44,774 bases of DNA, taken from positions 1-44,774 of the forward strand of contig JAHKLV010000093.1 in NCBI GenBank assembly GCA_020854925.1, written 5' to 3'. Shown piece by piece: positions 1 through 9,590 of the stretch. The position numbers were made by a program, and so were the translations under genes. Numbering within the stretch: position 1 is the first letter of the stretch; each line of letters starts with the position of its first letter. This DNA is from Candidatus Methanofastidiosia archaeon. GTDB lineage: Archaea; Methanobacteriota_B; Thermococci; Methanofastidiosales; NM3. Under the pieces are notes generated by a model that had not been told where the DNA came from, did not search any database, and saw nothing but the letters and a program-made list of their open reading frames with translations.

Positions 1-59
1 AACTATTCCTAAGGCCATCATATGGAAAACCATTTGAATATCATTCCCCCTTTGGATGC

Positions 60-725
60 ATGTCATCCATCGACGAGCAGGTTCAGCGAATACGCTCCAT
101 GGTGCTGCCTTCAGGCGTACTTCACGGGGACCCGTTCCAGGTTCTTATCAAGACCATTCTTTCCCACCGTACAAGGGACGAAACCACCGATACCGCGGCG
201 TCCCGCCTCTTTGAGCGATTTCCTGGTCCACGGGAGCTCAAGAATGCGCCTCTGGAAGAGGTTGAGACGCTCGTACGTCCAACAGGATTCTATTCGGTGA
301 AGGCGGCACGTATCATCGAGGTGGCACGCATCATCGACGAGGACCTTGGCGGTGTCGTCCCCCGTACGAAGGAGGGGCTCATGCGCCTGCCCGGGGTGGG
401 GCCCAAAACGGCCAACTGCGTCCGTGTCTTTGCCTACGGCGACGATGCCATCCCCGTGGACACCCATGTTCACCGCATTGCCAACCGGCTCGGGTGGGTG
501 CATACCACCTCTCCGGAAGCCACGGAATCCGCCCTTGAGGCTGTGCTTCCCCGGCACCTTTGGGTCCCCATAAACGAGCTGCTTGTGACGTTTGGCAAGC
601 AAGTCTGCCGGCCTGTTCGCCCACGGTGCGAATCATGCCTTCTTGCCGATACGTGCCCGCACGGGTCGGCACATTCACACGTAAGGGAAGGGGGTATCGT
701 CAAACGCCACTTCGAAAACCAATAG
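60..725 (+). CDS. nth: Endonuclease III (HhH-GPD DNA glycosylase/AP lyase)
   Basis: 221-aa ORF; helix-hairpin-helix LPGVGPKTANCV, VDTHVHRIANRLG, C-terminal [4Fe-4S] loop CRPVRPRCESCLLADTCP. Confidence 0.9.
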   Translation: MSSIDEQVQRIRSMVLPSGVLHGDPFQVLIKTILSHRTRDETTDTAASRLFERFPGPRELKNAPLEEVETLVRPTGFYSVKAARIIEVARIIDEDLGGVVPRTKEGLMRLPGVGPKTANCVRVFAYGDDAIPVDTHVHRIANRLGWVHTTSPEATESALEAVLPRHLWVPINELLVTFGKQVCRPVRPRCESCLLADTCPHGSAHSHVREGGIVKRHFENQ

Positions 726-764
726 GCTTAAAAGGTTGCGTCACGAGTCATAGGTGGTGAACGC

Positions 765-1064
765 ATGGGAGATTTGGAACTGACGCTGGCTCGCAAGACC
801 GATAAGATCCTCATATACAACAAGAAGGGATCCATAGACGATACCACCTGCCTGTTTTGTGGGGAGACGTGCGACGGCGCGTCAAAACTAGCAATCGATT
901 ATGGTGCCGGCGTGCTTTTTGCCCGCATCTGCCAGAAGGACCGCAACAAGACCCTTGGCGAGTTCATCGCCGAGGCCGTGTATGCCGCATCAGAGGTGGA
1001 GCTCGACCCCGAGTCCAACATGCAAATAGATTTTGTCCTTCGCCAGTATGGCTCAAAGGAGTAA
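765..1064 (+). CDS. Small hypothetical protein (99 aa) with a CxxC(x3)C segment
   Basis: Clean ORF filling the gap after nth; CLFCGETCDG motif; no family recognised; 12-nt convergent overlap with next gene. Confidence 0.45.
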   Translation: MGDLELTLARKTDKILIYNKKGSIDDTTCLFCGETCDGASKLAIDYGAGVLFARICQKDRNKTLGEFIAEAVYAASEVELDPESNMQIDFVLRQYGSKE

Positions 1065-1610
1065 GGCGTCCTCAAGGACCCCGAATCGGGGTATGAGTGC
1101 CATCTGCACCGATTGGCAGCTGAACTCCGTTCGAGTGATCCATCCCTTGGAGAGCATGCCAATCGCCCCTTCTCGGTGCTTGATATCCTCTGTGCCGCTG
1201 AGCGTGGCAAAGATGTCCCCTATTTCTTTTCCTTTCTCGACTTCCTTGACAACGGATGGCGGGTAGGTGAATCCGCCGCTATGCCCGATGGTGAGGATGC
1301 CTTCCCTGTCAAGGATGGCGCAGTACTGCGTGTCGATGCGATGGACACCCTGCGGGTAGATGCCTGCCTCGATGCCTACCGCATAGTGGGGGCGATGGCG
1401 TGTCATGACCTCCCGTGCCCTGTTGCAGGCACCCGTGTAGATGTCATCCAAGGAGAGCGGCTGCGGGGGGACGCCCGAGGGCACGTCGTAGCCGGTGACA
1501 TCAACGCGTCCTTCGAGTCCCGCGCGGTCGGCGTAGGCACCCATCATTATCTTCACCGCACCGACCTTGGAGGGATTCTTCGAACCGACTCCCACGGTAA
1601 GCGGGTTCAT
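1053..1610 (-). CDS. Non-canonical NTPase, DUF84/YjjX family (inosine/xanthosine triphosphatase-like)
   Basis: 185 aa; N-terminal VGVGSKNPSKVGAV motif and overall length typical of YjjX/DUF84; ATGA overlap with upstream PHP gene. Confidence 0.7.
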   Translation of the reverse strand: MNPLTVGVGSKNPSKVGAVKIMMGAYADRAGLEGRVDVTGYDVPSGVPPQPLSLDDIYTGACNRAREVMTRHRPHYAVGIEAGIYPQGVHRIDTQYCAILDREGILTIGHSGGFTYPPSVVKEVEKGKEIGDIFATLSGTEDIKHREGAIGMLSKGWITRTEFSCQSVQMALIPRFGVLEDALLL

Positions 1611-2197
1611 GTCGCCCCCTCCGCAAGGAAAGAAAGCTCGTGGAAGGGAGAAACGAAGGACGGGATGTCTTGGGAGATGCCGTGAGGCCCATGGGCGTCG
1701 CTTCCGAAGGTGACGGCGATACCCCGCCTTCGCGCTTCGGTGTAAAAGCGTTCAGGCCCCCCGTACGCGGCGTTCCATTCCATGGCTACACCCTCTCTTT
1801 GTGCCGTTTTGAGAATGCCGTCCCAGGCCGCCTTTGGCGCTGGGCAGGTAGAAAACGGATGGGCAAGGATGGCCACGCCCGCATCGGCCGCCATGACAAG
1901 GGCTTCTTCGAATCCTATTCCCTGCGGGGCATGACCGAGGAGGTACGCTGCCCCTTTGGGGGGACGGCATGCTGGCACAAGCCGTACCTCTGCGCCGAAG
2001 AGCGCCCGTATCGTGCCCGTGTCCCCGCGGGGGGCACAGGTATCATGGCATACAAATCCCGCTATACCAATCCCCGCCTCGAGAAGCGAAACGAGGTAGT
2101 CCTCTGCATCGTATCGTCTGCCCGAGTGGGTATCGAGGTGAATGTGGAGGTCATATGCCGTCCTTGTGCTGGAGTGAAATCCGGTGTTGTGATGCAT
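1607..2197 (-). CDS. PHP-domain metal-dependent phosphoesterase
   Basis: YDLHIHLDTHS near N-terminus, AILAHPF, FGSDAHGPHGI near C-terminus. Start placed at the in-frame ATG 2197, because the longer ORF to 2365 overlaps the TPR gene; the start is uncertain. Confidence 0.6.
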   Translation of the reverse strand: MHHNTGFHSSTRTAYDLHIHLDTHSGRRYDAEDYLVSLLEAGIGIAGFVCHDTCAPRGDTGTIRALFGAEVRLVPACRPPKGAAYLLGHAPQGIGFEEALVMAADAGVAILAHPFSTCPAPKAAWDGILKTAQREGVAMEWNAAYGGPERFYTEARRRGIAVTFGSDAHGPHGISQDIPSFVSPFHELSFLAEGAT

Positions 2198-3752
2198 ATG
2201 ATGTGCGCCTTTTGGTGGCGACCTCGAGGCTATCCCTGGCGAGATTAAAGTCCGGATTGAGCTCGAGCGCCCGCTCGTAGCTTGCAATCGCTTCTTCCAA
2301 GTCGCCTTCCTCGAACATGATAAAGCCGTAGTTATAGTGTGCCTCGGCATAGCCCGGGTCTGCATCGATGGCTTTTTTGAAAAAGTCGATGGCCTGGCGG
2401 TAGTGGTACTGGAGCTTGTAAATCATTCCGAGATTGTTGAGAAGAATTGCGTTTTCAGGTGTCCTCTTGAGCTGATTGCGGTATGCGGCGATGGCTTTTT
2501 CCATCTCACCCGCCTCAAAGAAGGCATCGCCGAGTTCTCCCCAGACCCATTCGTTGAGCGGTTGTTCTCGCTGGATGGACTCAAGGAACGATATGCGCTC
2601 AAAGGGGTCGCTGCGGGCCGCAAGCTCTGCAAGGATGTCATTTCCCGGCGTCTTGGGCGAGGTCTTGTTCCGCTCCGATTCCAGTTCCTCGAGCCGCATG
2701 AGGGGCGCTATCACCGGTGCGGGCTCTTCATCGAACGCCACCGCGGGCATCTCCTCCATAAGGGGGAGGTCTGAGAGAGCCTGATAGGCGCCAAGGTCAT
2801 CAGCCGCACCTTGTTCTTCCGGTGGCGCAGGGGCTCTGTGCAGCGAGGGAAGGTCCACACAGGCAGAGGACAGTTCTGCATAGGCCTCCTTGTAGCGTTC
2901 TACGTGGTAGTGCGACGCAGCCCTGTTGAGTCTCATTTCTATGGATGCGAGGACGTCCTGCTCGTCGGTGCGGGTTGCTTTTCGGAGTTCCGGGGGAAGC
3001 TGTTCTTCGACCGTGGCGAGAAGCTGTTCGTACTTGTCCTTGTACCGGTACTGCACGACATCCTCCTCAATGACCTTTTGCACCTTACGAAGATAAAACG
3101 CCGCCCTGCCATAAAGCGACTCCTTAGCAAGCTCCTTGGCCCGGTAATAGTCCTCATATTCCCGTGTATCCTTCCCTAATGAGGCCAGGTATGCTATCTT
3201 TTCGTCAATCTCGTCCATGAGGGAAATGATCATGCCTTTCTTAGTCGGAATGATGCGTTCCTCCCGGACATCTTCCACGACGGGTTTTGCCTGTTCGGTA
3301 AACGGCGCCAGATTCTGCTGCTGCCTGATGATGGTATCGAGGGCCGCCCGCGGCGTGTCCTCGACCGAAACCGGCACGCGCTCCAGCTTGAGGCCGTGAA
3401 TCCACAGCGCCCTGATGTCCTTTTCGGGGTCCTGGTCCACGATGCACATGACGGCGTGCGGCATGATATCCTGAATCCGTGTCTGGGTCCTGAATTTTTC
3501 AAGGGGGATAAACGACTCGTTGGGGTCGCGCACATATGCCCATCCTGCGAGGTCGAGCGGCCCCCGCTTGAGCTCAAGGGAGGTGAGGGGATCCCCCATC
3601 TCTTTCACCGGCACCGCTTCAACTACTTGGAGCGAACCGTCCTTTTGGGCGTAGAACCCGTAAAGGGCAAATATGTCGCGAATGGACACAAACATGCGCA
3701 GCGCCTGTTCAACGCTCCTAGCTATATGGACCCTGAAAGACATTCGTATCAC
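2151..3752 (-). CDS. TPR-repeat protein with uncharacterised N-terminal and coiled-coil regions
   Basis: 533 aa; C-terminal TPR repeats (AIAAYRNQLKRTPENA..., AIDFFKKAIDADPGYAEAHYNYG..., AIASYERALELNPDF); N-terminal ~130 aa not recognised. Confidence 0.7.
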   Translation of the reverse strand: MIRMSFRVHIARSVEQALRMFVSIRDIFALYGFYAQKDGSLQVVEAVPVKEMGDPLTSLELKRGPLDLAGWAYVRDPNESFIPLEKFRTQTRIQDIMPHAVMCIVDQDPEKDIRALWIHGLKLERVPVSVEDTPRAALDTIIRQQQNLAPFTEQAKPVVEDVREERIIPTKKGMIISLMDEIDEKIAYLASLGKDTREYEDYYRAKELAKESLYGRAAFYLRKVQKVIEEDVVQYRYKDKYEQLLATVEEQLPPELRKATRTDEQDVLASIEMRLNRAASHYHVERYKEAYAELSSACVDLPSLHRAPAPPEEQGAADDLGAYQALSDLPLMEEMPAVAFDEEPAPVIAPLMRLEELESERNKTSPKTPGNDILAELAARSDPFERISFLESIQREQPLNEWVWGELGDAFFEAGEMEKAIAAYRNQLKRTPENAILLNNLGMIYKLQYHYRQAIDFFKKAIDADPGYAEAHYNYGFIMFEEGDLEEAIASYERALELNPDFNLARDSLEVATKRRTSYASQHRISLQHKDGI

Positions 3753-3880
3753 GTTCCCTTCCTTTTTATTGTGTTAAATATTTTTCTATATATTAAGACC
3801 CGTGCGACACGTGCAGTCGCTAAACGTGGCGGGAAATGGAAACTTATTAATAATCCCCCGACCCTACCCTCACTGATATC

Positions 3881-4615
3881 ATGAAAGTGTTTGCCGTATA
3901 CGGATTCAAAAATTCAGGAAAGACCGCCGTTGTCACCTCCATAATCCGGGAGCTCCGGCGGCGTGGAAAGAGCGTTGCGGCCATCAAGCAGATTGCACAC
4001 GCCGACTTTACCATCGACACCCCCGGTGCCGACTCGTACATGTTTTCAAAGGCCGGCGCCCGTACCATCGGGGTCATGAGCGAAAAGGAGACGTCCATCA
4101 TCTACAAGCAGAAAAAGGCGCTCATGGATGTCATGCCTTTCTTCCATGCCGATTACCTGGTTCTGGAAGGATTCAGGCAGGCGCTGGTACCCAAGGTGCT
4201 CACGGCAAAGAACAAGGAGGAGCTAGAAAAAGACTTCCGTCAAGAGGTCTTTGCCATCAGTGGGCTTGTGGCCAATGAGATTACGGACTACAAAGGGAAA
4301 AAGGCCGTTTCCATCGGAAAGATCGAGCAGCTTGTCGACCTCATCGAGGAAAAGGCATTCGAGAAGATCCCCGAGCTCAACTGCCGCGGTTGCGGCATGT
4401 CGTGCGAGGAGATGCTCTACAGCATCGTAAACGGGGAGGCAACCATCGATTCGTGCCTTACGTACAAGCAGGACGTGCACATCATGATCGGTGAGCGCGA
4501 GGTGAAGATGAACAAGTTTGTACAGGCCATTGTGCGAAATACGATTCTCGGCCTCATCTCGTCCCTGAACGAGTACAATGACGGTGCCGTTCACATCACC
4601 ATCGAGAATCCGTGA
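3881..4615 (+). CDS. mobB: MobB-like P-loop protein (molybdopterin-guanine dinucleotide biosynthesis adapter) with C-terminal extension
   Basis: MKVFAVYGFKNSGKT Walker A at the N-terminus, typical MobB layout; extra ~80-aa tail containing CRGCGMSC. Confidence 0.65.
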   Translation: MKVFAVYGFKNSGKTAVVTSIIRELRRRGKSVAAIKQIAHADFTIDTPGADSYMFSKAGARTIGVMSEKETSIIYKQKKALMDVMPFFHADYLVLEGFRQALVPKVLTAKNKEELEKDFRQEVFAISGLVANEITDYKGKKAVSIGKIEQLVDLIEEKAFEKIPELNCRGCGMSCEEMLYSIVNGEATIDSCLTYKQDVHIMIGEREVKMNKFVQAIVRNTILGLISSLNEYNDGAVHITIENP

Positions 4616-4619
4616 GCAC

Positions 4620-5450
4620 ATGGAACAGCGCCACTATGCGCGCATCGCCGCCCTTCTCTCACCATGGTTGTCACCCGAGGAGGTGGCTGCCCTTCCCCGC
4701 CGGTACGAATGTGTGGGCGATATCATCCTGCTCTCGCTTCCCCCCATCCTGCATGAACACAGGGATGCCGTGGCCAAGGCGTATTATGACGTTCTCGCCC
4801 CCGCCGCCGTCATGGAAAAGGCGCCGGTGCAGGGGGAGTACCGCCAGCCGGGGCACACGCTTCTCTGTGGCTCGCGGACGACCACGGTCCATCGGGAAAA
4901 CGGCGTGGCGTACGAGCTGGACCTTTCCCGTCTTATGTTTTCTGCCGGGAACATCGCCGAGCGCATCCGGATGGCGCATGTGCCCGACAGGGGCCTCACC
5001 CTCGACATGTTTGCGGGCATTGGCTACTTTTCCCTTCCCATCGCAAAGCATGCGCACTCGCGGGTGATTGCCTTGGAAAAGAATCCCGTGTCTTTTGGGT
5101 ACCTATGCAAAAACATAGCCCGTAATCGGCTTGAGGGAAGGGTCACGCCACTCAACATCGACTGCAGGAACTATGTCGGGCCCCCGGCACGGCGCATCAT
5201 CATGGGGTATGTCCATACCACGGACGAGTACCTCCCCGCCGCCCTTTCCTACGCTGATGAGCGGTGCCTGCTCCACTTCCACCAGACCGTGCCACACGAT
5301 ACCTTTTTTGACGCCCTCGCCGACCAGATACTGCCGGCCGCAAACAGTGCAGGCGTCGAGGCGCATGTCGTTGGCGCCAGGGTCATCAAGAAGTACGCGC
5401 CGGGGGTCGTCCATGCGGTGGCCGACGTCGAACTGACAAAGCATTCTTAA
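4620..5450 (+). CDS. Met-10+/Trm5/Taw2-family tRNA methyltransferase (class I SAM MTase)
   Basis: DMFAGIGYFSLPIAKH SAM-binding motif characteristic of Trm5/Taw2; start taken at ATG 4620, 5 nt after the mobB stop. Confidence 0.7.
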   Translation: MEQRHYARIAALLSPWLSPEEVAALPRRYECVGDIILLSLPPILHEHRDAVAKAYYDVLAPAAVMEKAPVQGEYRQPGHTLLCGSRTTTVHRENGVAYELDLSRLMFSAGNIAERIRMAHVPDRGLTLDMFAGIGYFSLPIAKHAHSRVIALEKNPVSFGYLCKNIARNRLEGRVTPLNIDCRNYVGPPARRIIMGYVHTTDEYLPAALSYADERCLLHFHQTVPHDTFFDALADQILPAANSAGVEAHVVGARVIKKYAPGVVHAVADVELTKHS

Positions 5451-5473
5451 AGAGCTGATACAAAGATGCCCCG

Positions 5474-7192
5474 ATGTTTGAGGTAAAGGCCAAGGACGGC
5501 CTGGGGCGCATCGGTAAGTTCCAGGTGGGAAAAAAGGCGGTGGAAACGCCGACTATCATGCCGGTCATCAATCCGGGGAAGGTTGTCGTATCCCCCGCCG
5601 AAATGAAGGAGCAGTTTGGGACCGACATCATCATTACGAATTCCTATATCATCCACTCTTCGCCGCGGCTTCGGGAGAAGGCACTGGCCCAGGGGGTGCA
5701 CCGCCTGCTCGACTACGAGGGCATCATCGTCACCGATTCGGGGTCGTTCCAGCTTATGCAGTATCGCGATGTCGATGTCACCAACAGCGATATTATCCGA
5801 TTCCAGGGGGATATCGGTGTAGACGTGGCGACGTCGCTTGACATACCCACCCTTCCCGACACGCCGTATGCGCAGGCGAGGCGCGAGCTCGAAACGACCA
5901 TAGCGCGAGCAAAGGAGGCGAGGGAGCTCCGGGATGGTTATCTCAACGGAACGGTCCAGGGATCGACACATATGCGCCTTCGCCGCGCATCTGCCAGGGC
6001 CATGGCCGCCATGGACTTCGAAGTCCACCCCATCGGCGCGGTCGTGCCCCTCTTCCTCGACTATCGGTTCAAGGATGTGGTGGATATCGTCCTCACGGCG
6101 AAGCAGGAGCTCTCGCCCGCAAAGCCGGTGCATCTGTTCGGCGCCGGCCACCCCATGGCGCTCTCCCTCTTCGTCCTCCTCGGCTGTGACCTCTTCGACT
6201 CGGCAGCCTACGTGCTCTATGCCCGGGACAACAGGTACCTCACGGTTTCGGGTACCAAAAAGCTTGAGGAGATGGCATACCTTCCGTGCAGGTGTCCCGT
6301 CTGCAGGCGCCACACGCCGCAGTCGCTCCTGGCGCTGCCACCCGAAAAGCGGGTCCGCGAGCTTTCCCTTCACAATCTCCACGTCACCTATGAGGAATTT
6401 GCCCGTATCAGGCAGGCCATCCACGAGGGCTCGCTGTGGGACTACGTGGAGATGCGGGTGCGTGGCCACCCCAAGCTGTATTTCGCGTTCAAGGAAGTGT
6501 CAAAGTACCGGCGGTTCATACAGGCCTACGATCCGCTCGTGAAGCGATCCACCCCGTTTTATACGGGTATCGAGTCGAGGTCTCGGCCGGTCTTTGCCAC
6601 GGCACGGGCCCGGGCGTCCGAGCGTCTACCGGCTCCCGCCGTCACCCTGCGTCACCCCCTCTTTGGGGCCATGCCCGCCTCGCTCTGTCACACCTACCCC
6701 TTTAATGTGGAAATGGGGGAGGAGTATTATGCTGATGTGGATGAGGATGTGATGATACGGGAGCTTGCCGACTACCAGTACGGCAGAGGCGTTGGCGCCC
6801 GCCTCTTTGACGGGGGCACGGTCTCATATTCGCGCACCGACCGAGTGCGTTCGGTCACAGACGGCACCGATGTCATCGCCACCCTCCGAGCGAGGGACGG
6901 TCTGTTCATCCTCGGCAAGGCAGGCCAGGAACGCCTGCACCGCATCCTGCCGGCACCCACGTACCGCGTCGTGGTGGACAATGAGGTTGCACCATTCGTA
7001 AAGGAGCGCGGCGACGTGTTTGCCAAGTTCGTCCGTGGCGTCGACCCTTCGCTTTACGCGGGGGAGGAGGTGCTTGTCGTCGACGAGGACGACACCCTCC
7101 TGGGCTCGGGATGGCTCCAGCTTGCCCCGAGGGAGATCCCGTTCTTCTCCCGCGGCATCGCGGTGCGTACACGGCGCGGGGCAGGGGAATAG
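5474..7192 (+). CDS. tgtA: Archaeosine tRNA-guanine transglycosylase (ArcTGT) with C-terminal PUA-type domains
   Basis: 572 aa; N-terminal MFEVKAKDGLGRIGKF, TDSGSFQ, zinc site CRCPVCRRH, long C-terminal extension as in archaeal TgtA. Confidence 0.9.
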   Translation: MFEVKAKDGLGRIGKFQVGKKAVETPTIMPVINPGKVVVSPAEMKEQFGTDIIITNSYIIHSSPRLREKALAQGVHRLLDYEGIIVTDSGSFQLMQYRDVDVTNSDIIRFQGDIGVDVATSLDIPTLPDTPYAQARRELETTIARAKEARELRDGYLNGTVQGSTHMRLRRASARAMAAMDFEVHPIGAVVPLFLDYRFKDVVDIVLTAKQELSPAKPVHLFGAGHPMALSLFVLLGCDLFDSAAYVLYARDNRYLTVSGTKKLEEMAYLPCRCPVCRRHTPQSLLALPPEKRVRELSLHNLHVTYEEFARIRQAIHEGSLWDYVEMRVRGHPKLYFAFKEVSKYRRFIQAYDPLVKRSTPFYTGIESRSRPVFATARARASERLPAPAVTLRHPLFGAMPASLCHTYPFNVEMGEEYYADVDEDVMIRELADYQYGRGVGARLFDGGTVSYSRTDRVRSVTDGTDVIATLRARDGLFILGKAGQERLHRILPAPTYRVVVDNEVAPFVKERGDVFAKFVRGVDPSLYAGEEVLVVDEDDTLLGSGWLQLAPREIPFFSRGIAVRTRRGAGE

Positions 7193-7306
7193 GGTTGCAG
7201 CATGCGTAGGGCCCAGGGCGTCTGGGTCCCCTGGTGCGCCTGTTCCGAGAACGGTATTCACGCTGGTTGCCCCTTCCCGCTCTCTACCCTGGACGGAGGC
7301 GGTGAC

Positions 7307-7320
7307 AAAAGGTTTATATG
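7307..7320 (+). promoter_or_regulatory. Candidate BRE/TATA promoter (AAAAGGTTTATATG) for tfs
   Basis: A-rich BRE plus TTTATAT box ~55 nt upstream of the tfs start; GGTGA Shine-Dalgarno at 7363-7367. Confidence 0.45.
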
Positions 7321-7371
7321 TCCCCTCCCCCTTTATGTCTCTCATCGTATTTTTGAATAATAGGTGATTAT

Positions 7372-7698
7372 GTGGAATTTTGTCCTGAGTGCGAATCATT
7401 GATGCTGCCAACAAAAAAGGACGGAAAGACGATTATCGTTTGCAAGAAGTGCGGCTACTGCCGGGAACTAGAGAAGGGTGAGTCAAGCAAGTTTACCATC
7501 AAGGAAAAGACCGCGCCCAAGGAAAAGATTGTCGTCATAGAGGAAAATATCGACACCCTGCCCAAGACGAGGGAGGAATGCCCCAAGTGCAAGAATCTGG
7601 AAGCATACTGGTGGGAGCTCCAGACCCGGTCTGCCGATGAGCCCTCCACGAAGTTTTTCCGCTGCACAAAATGCGGCCATACGTGGAGGGAGTACTAG
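7372..7698 (+). CDS. tfs: Transcription factor S (TFS / RpoM-like, TFIIS homolog)
   Basis: 108 aa; two Zn ribbons (CPECES...CKKCGY and CPKCKN...CTKCGH) and acidic-loop motif QTRSADEP; GTG start (the nearby ATG at 7370 is out of frame). Confidence 0.9.
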   Translation: MEFCPECESLMLPTKKDGKTIIVCKKCGYCRELEKGESSKFTIKEKTAPKEKIVVIEENIDTLPKTREECPKCKNLEAYWWELQTRSADEPSTKFFRCTKCGHTWREY

Positions 7699-7706
7699 TG
7701 CCGCCT

Positions 7707-8003
7707 ATGCGACGCATTCCCGCGCGGCTTTCCCGTACTGATGAGGTGTCATCCCATGCTAAGGTCGCCATTCTCGGTGCCATTGTGGCGCTTGATGGCG
7801 GCATAGCCGTCCTTGCCGATGCGGCAGGGCAGGTGGAAGTAGCCCTTTCCGAAGGGCAGGCATCGGTGGGCGACGTCGTATGGGTCATAGGCCGCGTCTA
7901 CGGCGGCACCATAGAAGCGGAGGTCGTCCAGCCCGCCAAGGGGGTCAATATCGACCTTTACAACAAGTCGCTCCCTGTTTTGCAAAAATATGCCGAATTA
8001 TAA
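7707..8003 (+). CDS. OB-fold-like small protein (possible nucleic-acid binding), hypothetical
   Basis: 98 aa from ATG 7707 (GTG 7698 alternative). The pattern VAILGAIVALDGG..AVLADAAGQVEVAL...GDVVWVIGRV...IEAEVV resembles tRNA_anti/RPA-type OB folds. Confidence 0.4.
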   Translation: MRRIPARLSRTDEVSSHAKVAILGAIVALDGGIAVLADAAGQVEVALSEGQASVGDVVWVIGRVYGGTIEAEVVQPAKGVNIDLYNKSLPVLQKYAEL

Positions 8004-8022
8004 CCCTATGAAGCGTAGCCAA

Positions 8023-8038
8023 GAAAACCTTTATAAGG
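8023..8038 (+). promoter_or_regulatory. Candidate BRE/TATA promoter (GAAAACCTTTATAAGG) for pcn
   Basis: TATA-like box ~40 nt upstream of ATG 8072. Confidence 0.4.
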
Positions 8039-8071
8039 GTACAATAAAACTTCATTTCAGTGGTGGTAGCG

Positions 8072-8806
8072 ATGTTTGAAGCGAAAATAGAAGCCAAAAA
8101 CTGGAAAAGCATTATTTCGATTATCGGGAGCATCATCGAGGAGGCCCCCCTTAAGCTTACGGCAGACGGCATGACACTGCGGGCCATGGACCCCTCCCAC
8201 ATTTCCCTTATCGACCTCGAGCTTCCGAAGGACCAGTTCATTTCCTACGAGGTTGGCTCTGAGCGCGTCGTCGGCATCGATGTCGATGAGATGTCCCGTG
8301 TCATGAGCCGGGGAAAACCCACCGACATGCTGGTCATCAAGGTCGATGAGGAGACGAACAAGCTCTTTATGACCTTTGTTGGCGAATCGACGCGCCGATT
8401 CGGCCTTCCCATCATCGACACCCCCGAGCAGTCTCAGCTCAAGATGCCCAATTTTCCCACCAGCGCCATCATCGGCATCGACGCCTCCGTCTTTAAGGAC
8501 GGCATCAAGGACGCTTCCATCGTCGCTGACCACATCGCTCTCGAGGCCACCGCTGATGCCCTCGTCATGCGCGCTGAAGGCGACATCGGCGACATCGAGA
8601 CGCGCATTACGAAGGAGACGCTCGTTGAGTTCAAGGTCCAGGAACCCTGCAAGTCGACGTTTAATCTGAGCTACCTCGCCGACGTTTCCGGTTCCATCAC
8701 CGGCCCTATCTCAATCGAGCTCGGCATGGACGCCCCCATCCTCATGAATTTTGAAATAGGGGGCGCCATCATCAAATTCGTTCTCGCGCCGCGGATCGAA
8801 CGATGA
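8072..8806 (+). CDS. pcn: DNA polymerase sliding clamp PCNA
   Basis: 244 aa from ATG 8072; MFEAKIE...LKLTADGMTLRAMDPSHISLIDLELP..., C-terminal FVLAPRIE typical of archaeal PCNA. Confidence 0.9.
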   Translation: MFEAKIEAKNWKSIISIIGSIIEEAPLKLTADGMTLRAMDPSHISLIDLELPKDQFISYEVGSERVVGIDVDEMSRVMSRGKPTDMLVIKVDEETNKLFMTFVGESTRRFGLPIIDTPEQSQLKMPNFPTSAIIGIDASVFKDGIKDASIVADHIALEATADALVMRAEGDIGDIETRITKETLVEFKVQEPCKSTFNLSYLADVSGSITGPISIELGMDAPILMNFEIGGAIIKFVLAPRIER

Positions 8807-9297
8807 AGGAGCTCGACCTGGCGGTGGCCGAAGAGGTGTCGTCGCCGAACCTTGCTGCCATCAACGAGGGCCTCTTCGAGCGTGTCGCCCGCCACATCCG
8901 CCTGCTCGAGGAACGTGCGCTTGCCGAAAGCGGGATAGAAAACGAGCTGCTCATAGCAGAGCTGGCAGATGTGAGGAAAAAGACAACGGCCCTTTTTGAG
9001 GAACGCGTCCGGAAAATAACCTGTCTTGACGATTCGGAGCTTCTCTCCGATGAGCAAAAGATTTTTAAACACGTTCTCGCATTGAAACAACAATACCGTA
9101 AAGAGCTCCTTGACCCAATCTTACGGGGAAAGTACGCTTATGAGAGAGACGGGTTTATAAAGGCAAAGGTGAAAGTCCCCATACCTTCATTCTTGGACGG
9201 AGAGCTGAAGAAGTACGGTCCGTACAGGCCTGGAGATGTCGATCATTTTCCTGAACGCATTCATGCTCTGCTCAAGACGCATGGGTATGTCGAGTAA
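8803..9297 (+). CDS. GINS subunit, Gins51/Gins15-like (replication factor)
   Basis: 164 aa, helical N-domain plus C-terminal [35 protein letters not shown], matching the conserved GINS B-domain pattern; 4-nt overlap with pcn (PCNA-Gins51 adjacency is known in Pyrococcus). Confidence 0.55.
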   Translation: MKELDLAVAEEVSSPNLAAINEGLFERVARHIRLLEERALAESGIENELLIAELADVRKKTTALFEERVRKITCLDDSELLSDEQKIFKHVLALKQQYRKELLDPILRGKYAYERDGFIKAKVKVPIPSFLDGELKKYGPYRPGDVDHFPERIHALLKTHGYVE

Positions 9298-9316
9298 GAA
9301 GGTGAAGAGAATGATT

Positions 9317-9586
9317 ATGCCAAAGACGAGACGGACATACTGTCCGACATGCAAAAAACATACGATCCATAAGATTAAGGTTGTTAAGAAGCGCAAGAGG
9401 GGCGAGCTTTCAAGCGGTCAGAGACGATTCCGTAGAAAGATGGCCGGATACCGCGGTTACCCCAGGCCAAAGCCTTCGGGCGAAAAACCGACCCGAAAGC
9501 ACGACCTGCGCTACGAATGCACCGAATGCCACAAGTCCCAGACCAAGCCCGGATTCAGGGTGAAGAAGCTGGAATTCAAGGGATGA
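9317..9586 (+). CDS. rpl44e: 50S ribosomal protein L44e (eL42)
   Basis: [19 protein letters not shown]...CTECHK zinc-ribbon ribosomal protein; start at ATG 9317 (9311 possible). Confidence 0.9.
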   Translation: MPKTRRTYCPTCKKHTIHKIKVVKKRKRGELSSGQRRFRRKMAGYRGYPRPKPSGEKPTRKHDLRYECTECHKSQTKPGFRVKKLEFKG

Positions 9587-9590
9587 TACC

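Noticed and set aside
5447-6469. 340-aa minus-strand ORF antisense to tgtA. Similar long antisense ORFs occur at 17981-18988 and 19775-20806 (antisense to hdrA), 33084-34061 (antisense to pheS), 17010-17777 (antisense to hdrB) and 34973-35689 (antisense to pheT).
   Set aside because: Each lies wholly inside a strongly motif-supported gene on the other strand. Their translations are Arg/Gly/Pro/Ala-rich low-complexity strings with no motifs, as expected from stop-codon depletion in GC-rich DNA.
7193-7306. GC-rich 110-nt spacer after tgtA as a candidate small ncRNA (for example a C/D box sRNA)
   Set aside because: No RUGAUGA/CUGA box pairs or convincing stable stem were seen on either strand. 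This cannot be excluded without a covariance-model search.
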